Positions 32,148 to 42,008 of a stretch of 64,000 nt of DNA are shown in pieces. Within the stretch, counting starts at the first letter, position 1, and each line of letters opens with the position of its first letter. This DNA comes from an uncultured Phycisphaerales bacterium. GTDB lineage: Bacteria; Planctomycetota; Phycisphaerae; Tepidisphaerales; Tepidisphaeraceae. Both the position numbers and the translations under genes were made by a program. The notes below the pieces were generated by a model that was given only the letters and a program-made list of their open reading frames with translations, searched no databases and was not told the origin of the DNA. The DNA is taken from positions 256,001-320,000 of the forward strand of contig CAWJPJ010000005.1 of the NCBI GenBank assembly GCA_963844715.1, read 5' to 3'.

Positions 32148-33041
32148 TGGCCAAGGCAAGAGCGATTGTGAAGCGCCGCAAGGCGGTCCGGAATATCCGG
32201 AAAATCACCAAGACAATGCAGATGATCGCCACCGCGAAGTTCCAGAAAGCGCTGAAGCGCGCGGTCGGGACCAAACCCTATTCCCGAAAAAGTGCGCGAA
32301 CTGGTGGCGGAACTGGCGGGGTCCCTGGACGACATCTCGCATCCCCTATTGCGCTCGCCGGCGGATAATCCCGGCGGGCGGATCGCCCTGGTCGTCATCA
32401 CCAGCAATCGCGGCCTGGCCGGAGCTTACAACGGCAGCGTCCTCCGCATGGCGGGCCATTTCGTGCGCGATCGCGAGGCGGGGGGCAAAAAGTTCGATCT
32501 GATCGTCGCCGGGAAAAAGGGCTTTAACTATTTCAATTTCCAAAAACGCCCGGTCGCGGCACGATTGGATGGGATCGGGGATGCCCCGAAGTTTTCCGAT
32601 GTCGAGCCGGTGGCCCAGAAATTGATCGATGAATTCATCGCGGGGAAATACGACGCCGTGTATGTGGCGTTTATGAATTTTATCAGCGCCGGATCGCAAA
32701 AGCCCGAGGTCGCCCAGCTTCTCCCCCTGGCCGCGCCAAAGGCGGCCAAAGAGACCAAGTCGGGTCCGCTGAATTTGAAGTCGGTTTATGATTTCATTCC
32801 GGATGCCAAGACGCTGCTGGACGAACTGTTGCCGCTGACGGTCAAGACGCAACTGTTCCAATGCTTCCTCGACGCGACGACGAGCGAGCACGTGGCCCGG
32901 ATGATCGCAATGAAGAGCGCGACGGATAACGCCGAGCAGATGGTCAAAGACCTGACCATGAAATACAACCGGGCCCGGCAATCGCAGATCACCACGGAAT
33001 TGTCAGAGATCATGGGTGGGGTCGAGGCGATGAAGGGGTGA
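32148..33041 (+). CDS. atpG: ATP synthase F1 gamma subunit, frameshift in A-run ~32290
   Basis: 'NIRKITKTMQMIATAK', 'ITSNRGLAGAYN', 'SEHVARMIAMKSATDNA', 'YNRARQSQITTELSEIMGG'. Confidence 0.96.
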
Positions 33042-33059
33042 GGGAAATGCGGGGGACCG

Positions 33060-33126
33060 TTGCGAGTTGCCAGTTACCAGTTGCCAGTAAAATAGAGTGC
33101 CGTTAATGGAAACTCGCGACTCGCAA
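33060..33126. repeat. Heptamer tandem/inverted repeat downstream of atpG
   Basis: TTGCGAG TTGCCAG TTACCAG TTGCCAG ... ACTCGCG ACTCGCAA. Confidence 0.6.
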
Positions 33127-33215
33127 GAATCCTTCATTTAGCATGTCTGTCCGCGGGGTCCCATAACTCGACTGGTCATATATCACTAGGCCGAGCAGCC
33201 GATATCTCTGGAGAG

Positions 33216-33803
33216 GTGTCGCTTGATTCGCTGGCTAATGGCCATTTTCATGGTGCTGTGGATCTGCTGCGAGGCCGCAGGCCAAACCACGCAGCCCGCG
33301 CCGCGCCGGATTTGTGGCAGCAGGCGGTGCAGCACGTCGCCCAAGGAGCGGGGGATGATACGGGCCTGAGGAATGCCCTGAGTGACAGTTGCACGGTGCG
33401 GAAATTTGGGGCGGACTCGGATGGAGATGTGCAATCGCTGATCGATTTTCTGGCCGGCGAGGGAACGCTCGGCGTGCATGCATATGTCTATCCCGCGCAA
33501 ATAATGGCGCGGGACATCGCGGCGGATGTGACGGCGTGCCCGGAAGCAGGGCTGGCACTGAAGCATGACATCGCCGTGGATGACCCGGCAGTAGGAAACG
33601 CTGCGGCGGCCGTTGCGATCCAGTGGGTCCAGATGACGCTCCATCCGGCAGCGGATACGCCGATAGGCGTGATCGTGCTCTGGAATGCCCGAACCGACAT
33701 CGATAACGACCGCCGCCTGAATTTTGTGCTCATCAAGGGCGAGAAGCAAACCGACGGCAGCTACCGCATCACCTCCATCTACTGGGGCGATCCACTAGGT
33801 TGA
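33216..33803 (+). CDS. Hypothetical protein (start uncertain)
   Basis: 195-aa ORF with globular composition ending 'YRITSIYWGDPLG', followed by a terminator. Confidence 0.55.
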   Translation: MSLDSLANGHFHGAVDLLRGRRPNHAARAAPDLWQQAVQHVAQGAGDDTGLRNALSDSCTVRKFGADSDGDVQSLIDFLAGEGTLGVHAYVYPAQIMARDIAADVTACPEAGLALKHDIAVDDPAVGNAAAAVAIQWVQMTLHPAADTPIGVIVLWNARTDIDNDRRLNFVLIKGEKQTDGSYRITSIYWGDPLG

Positions 33804-33822
33804 CTCATTCCTCCAGTCAAAG

Positions 33823-33852
33823 CCGACGGATAGCTATCCGTCGGGTCTTTTT
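33823..33852 (+). terminator. Intrinsic terminator/REP-like perfect palindrome
   Basis: 22-nt perfect palindrome CCGACGGATAGCTATCCGTCGG followed by GTCTTTTT. Confidence 0.7.
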
Positions 33853-33868
33853 GCATTAGAATTCCGGA

Positions 33869-34478
33869 ATGCCATCCCCGGCTTATCTCGAGCCGTACAT
33901 GAAAGCCTCGCGCCGGTTCGGCGCCGGCTTTGGCTCTCTGCTATGGGCAAGCCCCAAAACCCAGGCGGCCCGCTTTCGCGCCCTGACGCGATGCTGCGAT
34001 TTTCAAGGCCGCACGATTCTGGACGCCGGATGCGGCCGAGCGGATTTGTTGGATTATCTATTCAGGCATGAGATACCCCCGGCCAAATATATCGGCGTGG
34101 AAGCGATCGAGCCCCTCGCCGCGGCCGCCGAGAAAAAAGCACATCGAGATTGTTCGATCGTCCGCGGCGATTTTGTCGATGATCCGCGGCTACTGGATCG
34201 AAGGCGCCGACGCCATCGTCTTCTGCGGATCCCTGAACACCCTGTCAGTTTTTGATTTCCACCTCATCCTGACCACCGCCTGGAAAATGACCGGCGAGTT
34301 TCTCATCTTTAACTTCCTTTCCTCGAATGCCCTCGCCAAGGCGGAGCACCTAACTTGGCATAAGCAAGAAGACGTCGCCCGCTTCGCGCAGGGGCTGACC
34401 GAGCGAGTCGTCATTATCGACGACTATACGGAAGGCGATTGCACGATCGGGATGAGAAAAACTGTAGATGTTCGATAA
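33869..34478 (+). CDS. Class I SAM-dependent methyltransferase, frameshifted (~34198)
   Basis: 'LLWASPKTQAARF', 'ILDAGCGRADL', 'YIGVE', then 'ADAIVFCGSLN', 'FNFLS', 'DDY'. Confidence 0.85.
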
Positions 34479-34579
34479 ACATCGAAACTGAATCGCCCGA
34501 GCAGGCCGATCCCACCCCCTTTTGCGACCCCCTGGGGGCGGCTGTTTGGGTGGCTGGACCATAAAATGAAACACCATTC

Positions 34580-35329
34580 ATGCGTGCACTTTCGGAGACG
34601 GTTGACTTGGGTTGGAAAAATCTAGCCAATTTTCGGAGTCTACTTTTGGCCGTCACCGCAATCGCGATTTCGACGGTCGCGATGGAGGTTTTTTGTTTGT
34701 GGGAAAGAAGCTATTCGGTTTACGACCACTTCTATCACGAAACCGCTATTACCCGTCGGTCGGACGGCCAAGAACATGCTGGATTCCCCGATGAATTGCA
34801 TGGCCAGGAATGGAAACCGGGCGAACCAACAGTCATCGAACGGGATTGGGACTTCGAATCCAGAGGCGGTGGAATAAGAATTGAATTTTATCGCTCTGAG
34901 GTGGATCTCAATCAATTGAATGGCAGTCAATTCCGTCTGTATGTCGACGGCCCGTCCGTCTTAACAGGCGTACGTGGAGCACGTCCGCCAGAACCGCGTA
35001 GTAGTCATGAGGTATTAGAGGGGATCTATGGCTATCCCACTTTTGACTTTGGTCATTATCCGCGCACCTGGGACTTCTCCCACAACGCTCGCAAAGACCC
35101 GTTGTCCACGTCGAGCGCTGGCTCCACAACCGGATTGATTTTTCCGTATTGGTCTTTGGCGATTTTAAGCTCACTCCCGGCTGTGCTTCTTTGGATCATT
35201 TTGTTGCGAAAGTTTTGTCGCATAGCGGCTGGGCATTGCCGAGTGTGCGGCTATGACCTCCGCGCGACGCCCGAGCGGTGTCCCGAATGCGGGACGTCAG
35301 CAATTACGAAATCCGAGACGAGAACATGA
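34580..35329 (+). CDS. Hypothetical membrane protein with C-terminal zinc ribbon
   Basis: N- and C-terminal TM segments, 'FPYW', 'CRVCGYDLRATPERCPECG'; visibly more AT-rich than flanks. Confidence 0.8.
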   Translation: MRALSETVDLGWKNLANFRSLLLAVTAIAISTVAMEVFCLWERSYSVYDHFYHETAITRRSDGQEHAGFPDELHGQEWKPGEPTVIERDWDFESRGGGIRIEFYRSEVDLNQLNGSQFRLYVDGPSVLTGVRGARPPEPRSSHEVLEGIYGYPTFDFGHYPRTWDFSHNARKDPLSTSSAGSTTGLIFPYWSLAILSSLPAVLLWIILLRKFCRIAAGHCRVCGYDLRATPERCPECGTSAITKSETRT

Positions 35330-35355
35330 AACGGGAACATGAAACGGGGACGCAG

Positions 35356-36387
35356 CTAGAGCATTTCCCAAATTAAACTAGCGGCTGGCGGTAACCGCAA
35401 TGGCGGAAAAATCCCGCGGCATCTTCGGTCGTAACGGCGTCCATTGCCGCGAACACAGCCCGGACCAAGGTGTCGAACGTTCTGGGCTCCGCCGAGCGGA
35501 TCAGTTGCTTCGCTTTGCTCCACATCATCTCGATCGGATTCAAATCCGGCGAGTAGGGTGGCAGCAACCACAGTTCGCAGCCGGCGGCTTCGATCAGGCG
35601 TCGCACTTCTGAATGTTTGTGCGGCTGCAAATTGTCCATCACCACGATGTCCCCGCTTCGCAGGCTGGGCACGAGCGCTTCACGCACCCAGGCGACAAAA
35701 ACATCGCTGTCCATCGCCCCTTGAACAATCGCGCCGGCGGTCGCGCCGTCGAGCCGAACCGCGGCGATCATGGTGGTCGTGCTCCAGTGTCCGGCCGGGG
35801 TCTTGCACAACAACCGTTCGCCGCGGCCGCACCGGCCACGCAATCGGGTGAAGTTCGTCTTGGCCCCGGATTCATCCACAAAAACAAGACGCTCGGGATC
35901 GACGTCCTTCAGCCGCCGACGCCACTGCGTCCGCGCGGCGGCGACGTCGGGCCGATCCTGCTCGGACGCGTGGAGAGACTTTTTTTAAAGGAGAGGCCCA
36001 GCTTCCTGAGCCAACGGTCGACCGTCGACAGCGACACGTCCAGCGCCAACTTCTCTTTGATCTCGTTGAGCGTGGCATCCGGCCGGGCGGCCACGAACCG
36101 ACTCAAACGAGTCTTCAACTCGCCGGTCAACTTCCCCTTGCGGCCACGAAGATGAAGCAGCGGTTCGGCCGTCCCCCGTTCACGTTCATCCTGTCGCACG
36201 CGGCGGACGGCCGACTCGCATCGGCCGAAGATCGCGGAAATCTCCTTCGTGCCTTTGCCGGCACGATACGCCGACATGATCCATCGACGGGTCAGAGCGG
36301 TTTGCGATGCCATGGCAACCTCCTTGTTGAATCGGAGATTAGCAAAACAGCATCGATGGCGCTAGTTTAAAATGGGAAATGCTCTAG
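35356..36387 (-). mobile_element. IS630-family insertion sequence, apparently complete
   Basis: Terminal inverted repeats CTAGAGCATTTCCCA(AA/TT)TTAAACTAGCG (26/28 match), CTAG at both ends, encloses the transposase. Confidence 0.93.
35373..36313 (-). CDS. IS630 transposase in two ORFs joined by a probable programmed -1 frameshift
   Basis: OrfA HTH 'PDATLNE...GLSFKK'; OrfB 'VDESG', 'VVMDNLQPHK', 'LPPYSPDLNPIE'; slippery TTTAAAAAAAG on minus strand at 35979-35989. Confidence 0.92.
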
Positions 36388-36402
36388 TTAGGACACAATT
36401 GT

Positions 36403-36564
36403 CTTTCCTCGGATGCCCTGGCGAAGGCCGAGCATTTGACCTGGCATAAGCAAGAAGAGGTCGCCCGCTTCGCGCACGGCCTGACCGAGCGAGTCGTCAT
36501 CATCGACGACTATATGGAAGGCGACTGCACGATCGGGATGAGAAAGACCATAGACATTCGATAA
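36403..36564 (+). pseudogene. Diverged duplicate of the 3' end (54 codons) of the methyltransferase gene
   Basis: Colinear with 34317-34478; 19 substitutions in 162 nt by manual alignment; no 5' part. Confidence 0.9.
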
Positions 36565-36774
36565 ACCGCGCTAGTGTGCGTGCGCGAAAGCGAACATTGC
36601 CCTCGTTTGCCCGATCCGCGCATTCCAATCACCGGACGAGCGCTGCGCGGAAAACTTCGCGACCTCCCTGGTGCAACCCGGTGTCTCGTGTCAATGATGA
36701 TTGCAGACGGATTGGGTCCAAGCTCACGCTTATTGAGTGTACGTTCATTCACGCGATAACTACGGTTTGCGGCC

Positions 36775-37837
36775 TCAGTTTGATGAGGTTACTTCCCATC
36801 GAGCGCTTCTGCCATGGCCCACTACCTTCACCATGCCATCTTTCTTCAGCGAGGCTAATACTTTCTTTAACAGTTGAGGACTGGCTGACGGAACCTGGGC
36901 CTTCAAATCTGCCAACGTAAACGAACCAAACTGCGCTAGCGCGGCCTAACGCGCTAATTCCGTCTTCGCTCCGCGCGGCGTTGCCCGTTCGACTTTCTCG
37001 GCGAATTCCGCATAAGCGCGCCGAACGATCGCGAGGAAATAGTTCCACCAAGGCGCGATCTCGTTGCGTCCGTCCGCCCAATTGCGCGAGCATCTGGCAA
37101 GTGCGCGGGTAGTAATCTTCCTTGCCATCCTCCACAAGGCGCTCAAGGCTCACAAATCGGCCGACCACAAACCCCTGCTGCTGGAGCAACAGCGCGGTGA
37201 GCAGGCGCGAGACGCGGCCGTTGCCATCTCGAAATGGATGGATGCACAGGAAGTCAAACACGAAGGTCGCCACCAGCATCAGAGGCGGCACTGCCCCCTC
37301 TTCAATGAGCTGCTTATATGTCCCACACAATCGCCGCACGGCCCCGGGCGTCTGCTTTGCCGGGGTGGGCCGGAAGCGGACGATGCGGCCAACCCCGGGC
37401 TGCAACTCGATGATTTCGTTGTCCTTGGACTTGAACCGGCCGGCATCTCCGGACATGCCCCCTTGAGCCATCGCGTGCAAGTGTAGGATGGTTCTCGTGT
37501 CGATGGCCGGAGATTTGCGAGTGAATATCCAATTCAGCGCCTTGCGGTATCCCGCCAGTTCCTCTTCGGAGCGGTCGCGTGGGCGAGCATGACCTAACAC
37601 CAATGGACGCAAGCGGTCGGGAGCGACGGTGACGCCTTCGATCCGGTTGGACGATTCAACGCTCTGGATGATGGCCTGTTCGCGCAGGGCGGCCAAGACT
37701 TCCGGCTTGCGGTGAGTCCAAAGGTCCTGCTTGCCGCGATACTCCATGCAGTCCGTCAACAACCACACGGTCGAATGAGGCAAGCTGCCCGAGAAGGTAT
37801 CAGCGCGGAGCGTCAGCGTGATTGATTTCTCCGCCAT
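36775..37837 (-). pseudogene. Fic family protein with frameshift (~37110) and in-frame TAG (36946-36948)
   Basis: 'SVESSNRIEG', canonical 'HPFRDGNGRVSR'; C-terminal wHTH 'FTLADL...LKKDGMVKVVGHGRSARW' continues in frame after the TAG. Confidence 0.8.
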
Positions 37838-37939
37838 CGGTAGCTTAATAATAGCCCATTTGGTCGGAAGTAGCCAATAGACTACCTGGACCATACGCCC
37901 TTCATGGAGTTTGATCCGAATCTCTAAAAGTTACGCGAG

Positions 37940-38038
37940 TCGCCACCGATCCTGACTCATCTCCGCGATCGGCTGTGGACGTGGAAAGATCAGTTACTCC
38001 CCAAGCACCCGATGGCCGAGGCGGTCAACTACGCCCTG
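37940..38038 (+). pseudogene. IS66-family transposase (TnpC) remnant
   Basis: Translates as 'SPPILTHLRDRLWTWKDQLLPKHPMAEAVNYAL', resembling the IS66 LPKS..G.A..YAL segment. Confidence 0.6.
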
Positions 38039-38345
38039 GAAGGGGAGAACGAAAGCATGAAACCGAAACATGAAACCGGGACGCAGGCTAATTATCCATC
38101 AATATCTACGTATGTGTCATAGCCCCATGTTTATTGAACGTAAAACACACGCTGTGCATCTTCCCCACACTCCCCATCCACCCACACGTAGCCTAAGTGA
38201 GACACTTTGGGACATCCTGAGACAACCACCCCGCGCCACGACCCAATAACGCAGGTCGATGACCCACCCGCGACCATGTGGGACATCAGTTGTGACACCC
38301 GATGTGACACCCCCCTCACCCCTCCGCCCCGAGCCCGCCCTCCGC

Positions 38346-39208
38346 TCAATCAGTTGGTCTTATCCCACTTGATCGCGATCGGGTCGAACCGCTTATAGCT
38401 ATGCGGCGGCGCAACTGGGCGCTCAGAGTCAGGATTTTCTGCCGATAGGCCTGGTATTCAGCACCGCTGGCCCGGGGGAACCCTTGCAGGCCCACGACGA
38501 GGTAGAAATCCTTTCGCCAATTCTTGATGCCGCGCTCGATGGTGCAGGGAATGCCGTTCTTATTGAGAAAGTCACACGCTTCCTGGGCGGTTTTATCGTC
38601 GCCGTAACTTTGAACGAGGAGGTAGTTGAGATTGACCTGCCGAGCGTTGGGGGTAAAGACACTGGAAGCGGGTCGGGCCGTCGCCGTGTCCGCGGAGAGA
38701 TCGGCGGCGTCAGGATCGTCGGGCGACGGCCCCGCCACAAGTTGTGCCCCGTCCGGTTGTGCCGAGGCAATCTCAGAATTGTCGGACACGGGAGCCACTT
38801 GCAGGACGGACGGATTCGCATTGCCAGGCGCAGAGCGTCGATCGAGGCGATCTCCGTCGCATGAATCGCGGCCGGGTGATGGGCGCGGCGGGCGAGTTCG
38901 ACGATCCCGATCATCGTGACGGCCGCAAGGACGCCTACAACAATGCCGCCATGCTCGATGGCGTAGGGGCGGACACGCGCGACGAGGGGCTCCAACCGAG
39001 CGCGGGCCTCTTGATAGGCTTTCTTGATCCGGTCCTTGATGGGCGGCCCGGCAGGTTTGATTGTTTTAGCCACCAGCGCGGCGGCGGCGGGAGCCGCGCG
39101 GAACGGATTTGGCAGCGGCGGAACCGGACCGGGCGCGGGAGCCGCCGGTTTTTGGAATCGTTTGTCTCTTTGCAGGACTTCGAAGAGAGCCCGTTTACCT
39201 TTGGCCAT
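38346..39208 (-). CDS. Hypothetical single-TM protein with SPOR-like C-terminal domain, frameshifted
   Basis: 'MAKGKRALFEVL', TM 'IVVGVLAAVTMIGIV', C-terminal 'NYLLVQSY...AQEACDFLNKNGI...YLVVGLQGF'. Confidence 0.6.
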
Positions 39209-39389
39209 CCTTGACCATCCTTTCACGAAGTGCGGTTCTTCCATGAACCGATGCACGCCAACTTACGGATTGTCAGTGCGCGGTCAAGAAAGGTTTAGGG
39301 GGAGCATCGAAATAAAATGGCCCTGGGTGCTGTTGCCCCGTCTGCGCTGGATTTGGGATGGCGCGGTCCCGCGCAGAAACTGCGCCGCT

Positions 39390-40166
39390 TCAAACTCCAC
39401 GTTGATTCCAATCGCTGAGTATGGAAGCGACGTGTCGAGAACGATCCGTGCCTATACCATCGCGATCCATCGCGGCGGCCAGCCGAATAATCGCCTCACG
39501 GTAGATAAGGGTGTCCGTTTTCAGGTCTCCCACTTCCCAGACTGCGCCAGCGCCGCCCCACATCTCAACGGTCTGAATAAATGAGATGAGTTCCGTGCGA
39601 TTTCGAGTCGGCAAATCGAGTAGTTGTTTCACATAGTCGGCTTGGCCAAAATGCCCGTGACTCCGCAGCAAGCCTTCGATGTCCTGAAGTGGATCAGCTA
39701 GTGATTTGCGAAAGAGTTCCAGCAGAGCTTCGGGCTGCAGGACGGCAAGTGTGGGGAAGCTGGCGTTGAATTGCTGTGCATCCGGTCTGGAAATATCCAT
39801 CAGATTGAGCAGATGCTTGTCGCGGCTTACGATCAGGGCCGCGTTGCTCGCAACTGCCAGGTCGACGTAATGGGAATCCTTTGGGTCAATCGGATGCCGG
39901 TAAGCGGATGGAGGGTCCGAAATCAGATGGGCGATCGGAGCAAGACGGGCGATAAGCGATTCTACATGCTCGGGGGCAATTCCCAATCGTTTCGGGGTCC
40001 GCTTTTGAGGGATCGCTCGGATCTCCTGTAGGACATAATGACTCCAGAAGAGCCTGATTCTCCCGTCCAGAACTCGCTCGACACAGCGCCCGGCATTTCC
40101 GTGAGGTGTAATAAGAGTTTGAGCGAAGATATTGCAATCGAAGACGACCCGATCGACCCCCCTCAC
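39390..40166 (-). CDS. PIN-domain toxin with ~100-aa C-terminal extra domain
   Basis: 'VVFDCNIF', 'LQEI', 'DPKDSHYVDLA', 'IVSRDKHLL'. Confidence 0.85.
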   Translation of the reverse strand: MRGVDRVVFDCNIFAQTLITPHGNAGRCVERVLDGRIRLFWSHYVLQEIRAIPQKRTPKRLGIAPEHVESLIARLAPIAHLISDPPSAYRHPIDPKDSHYVDLAVASNAALIVSRDKHLLNLMDISRPDAQQFNASFPTLAVLQPEALLELFRKSLADPLQDIEGLLRSHGHFGQADYVKQLLDLPTRNRTELISFIQTVEMWGGAGAVWEVGDLKTDTLIYREAIIRLAAAMDRDGIGTDRSRHVASILSDWNQRGV

Positions 40167-40417
40167 TCATTATAAGGCACCCCGCGGGCGGCGTGATCCT
40201 CGCGTTCCAGACTTTCGGCCAGTTGGTCTTCCGTCATTCCCGATTTGAGGAATTGCTCCTGCACGGAACCGCTGATTTGGCCAAGGATTTTCGCCGGGGC
40301 AGCCTGGGCTTCAAGAACTTCGCAGACAAATTGCTCGATGGGTTTGCCCGCGGCCTCCGCCTGACGACGAAGAGTGTCCTCTGTTGGGTCCGGAATTTTG
40401 ACGGTGATTGTGGCCAT
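40163..40417 (-). CDS. Putative ribbon-helix-helix antitoxin
   Basis: 'MATITVKIPD..EDTLRRQAEAAGKPIEQFV'; 4-nt overlap with the PIN toxin. Confidence 0.75.
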   Translation of the reverse strand: MATITVKIPDPTEDTLRRQAEAAGKPIEQFVCEVLEAQAAPAKILGQISGSVQEQFLKSGMTEDQLAESLEREDHAARGVPYNE

Positions 40418-40502
40418 AGCTCTCCAAGTAGTCGCTCTACTTATTATACCACATCGTTTTTGAAATTCGTGGGTCCTGTTCAGAAATGGGGGGTTATACA
40501 CG

Positions 40503-41975
40503 TCAAATAAAAGCGATATCCGTGATACGGTGTTTGGCGATGGCGCCGAGGTGGAGTTCGCCGGCGGGGAAGCGGCCTTCCCAGGTGTTCCAGAGGATGA
40601 GGCGCTGACGATCGGGGGAGACGGCGGCGATCCGAGATGCCGAGGCGGCGAGCATTCTGCACCCGAGGTGCGGGCTGGAATAGCGGGTGCAGACTTCGTC
40701 GTCCAGGCCGATGCAGGCGACGGCCGCCGGATTCCTCGGCCAGGAGGATTCGAAAATCGTCCAGCCAGGGGAGGAGTGCGGCCGCAGAGACGGGCCGGGC
40801 GTGATGGCGCTCCTGCTCGAGCTGAAAATTCTGGAGATTGCAGACGCAGACGCGGCCGTCGGCGGTGATGACGAGCAATTTGGGAGGGCGAACGAAAAGG
40901 GCAATGATCTCGGCTTTGGATTCCGGTCCGACGGGATTGAGGCTTCCGCCCGGCGCGGCGACGAGAACGCGGGGGCCACTGGAGAAGATGGCGTTTCCGG
41001 ACGGGAGGATGGCTAGATTCTTCGCCGGGACAGCCGAATCCTTGATTCTGAGGAAAGGGGATTGCGGCTGCTCGATGTTCCAGGCGACGACGCCGGCTTC
41101 CGCATGGGTGGCCCAGAGGCGGCCCGATGATACGGCGGCGGCGTTAAATCCGGTTTTCGCCGCGATTCCCGGGTCGGCGAAAAAAAGCGGGGGCTGTTCT
41201 GAATTTTCGCGGAATCGGGTGACGCCGCCGCGGCTGCCGAGCAGGAGTTCGCCATCGTCACCGGGGCGGATGCTGCGAAGGGGATCGCGGGAAATCCGGG
41301 CCGTGCGCGGGGACTCGGATAGGTCCTTCGAGATTTCGAAAACCACGTCGCCGCTGGCGGCGAAGAGCTTTTGAGCGTCGCGGTCCTCGGCTTGGCTCAA
41401 GAGGATAGCGCGGAGCAGCTGGGGCTGATCGGCGGGGGAGATGTCCTGGAGGATTCGCCCGGCGGGCAGGCCGGGGAGCGGCGGTGCGCAGGGCCTGGAA
41501 TTTGGCGAAAAGCTCGCCGGCAGCGCGCAGCCGATCGGAGCGCTGGGATTCCTGCCGGAAGCTGGGACAATCCAAATCCAATGTGAACGGGGGGAGGAAT
41601 TCGACGCCGCTGATGAAGGCGATTGTCTTGGCGGCGATAAGAATTGCGGCGAGAACTTCCCCGCGCGACGTCGTAAAGCGAATCGGCGTCGTGTTGGGCG
41701 GCGGTAGTGCGGGCGGCGGCGGCGATGGCATCGGTGAAAAGAGCCGAGACTTCGCGGATTCCGACCACGGGGTGTGAATCGAGCAGCGCCTCGCGGAACA
41801 TTTTCTGCTCAACCGGAGATTCAAGGGCGCGGATCAAACAGGAGAACTGGCCGGTGAACGTGCGGGAATCGGACGATTGAAGGTCGGAAAGCGGCCAGTC
41901 GATACGGAGGGCGTTGGTGCGGAGTTCAATCGCACCGTCTTTGGATCGTGCCGCTAAATCGCTTGGGCCGAGCAC
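40503..41975 (-). CDS. Hypothetical protein with beta-propeller-like C-terminus, multiply frameshifted
   Basis: Chained ORFs 41397..41975, 40480..41400 and 40503..40979; 'LWATHAEAGVVAW', 'AAVSPDRQRLILWN', 'HRITDIAF'. Confidence 0.55.
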
Positions 41976-42008
41976 GCGTCGATTATACCCGTTCTATACC
42001 CTCAAAAT

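Noticed and set aside
32285..32295. Programmed frameshifting in atpG or other housekeeping genes
   Set aside because: Indels are ubiquitous and these families are not known to be recoded; only the IS630 A-run fits a known programmed site
34317..36564. Diversity-generating retroelement TR/VR pair
   Set aside because: Differences are not adenine-specific, are mostly synonymous third-position changes, and no reverse transcriptase is present in the window
36574..36760. RelE-like toxin remnant ('LPDPR...GRALRGKLRDL')
   Set aside because: Resemblance is limited to about 15 residues with no coherent ORF; cannot be supported without a search
36946..36948. Pyrrolysine or other stop-codon recoding in Fic
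   Set aside because: Single instance in a decaying islet; no pyl genes seen, and TAG is used as a normal stop elsewhere in the window
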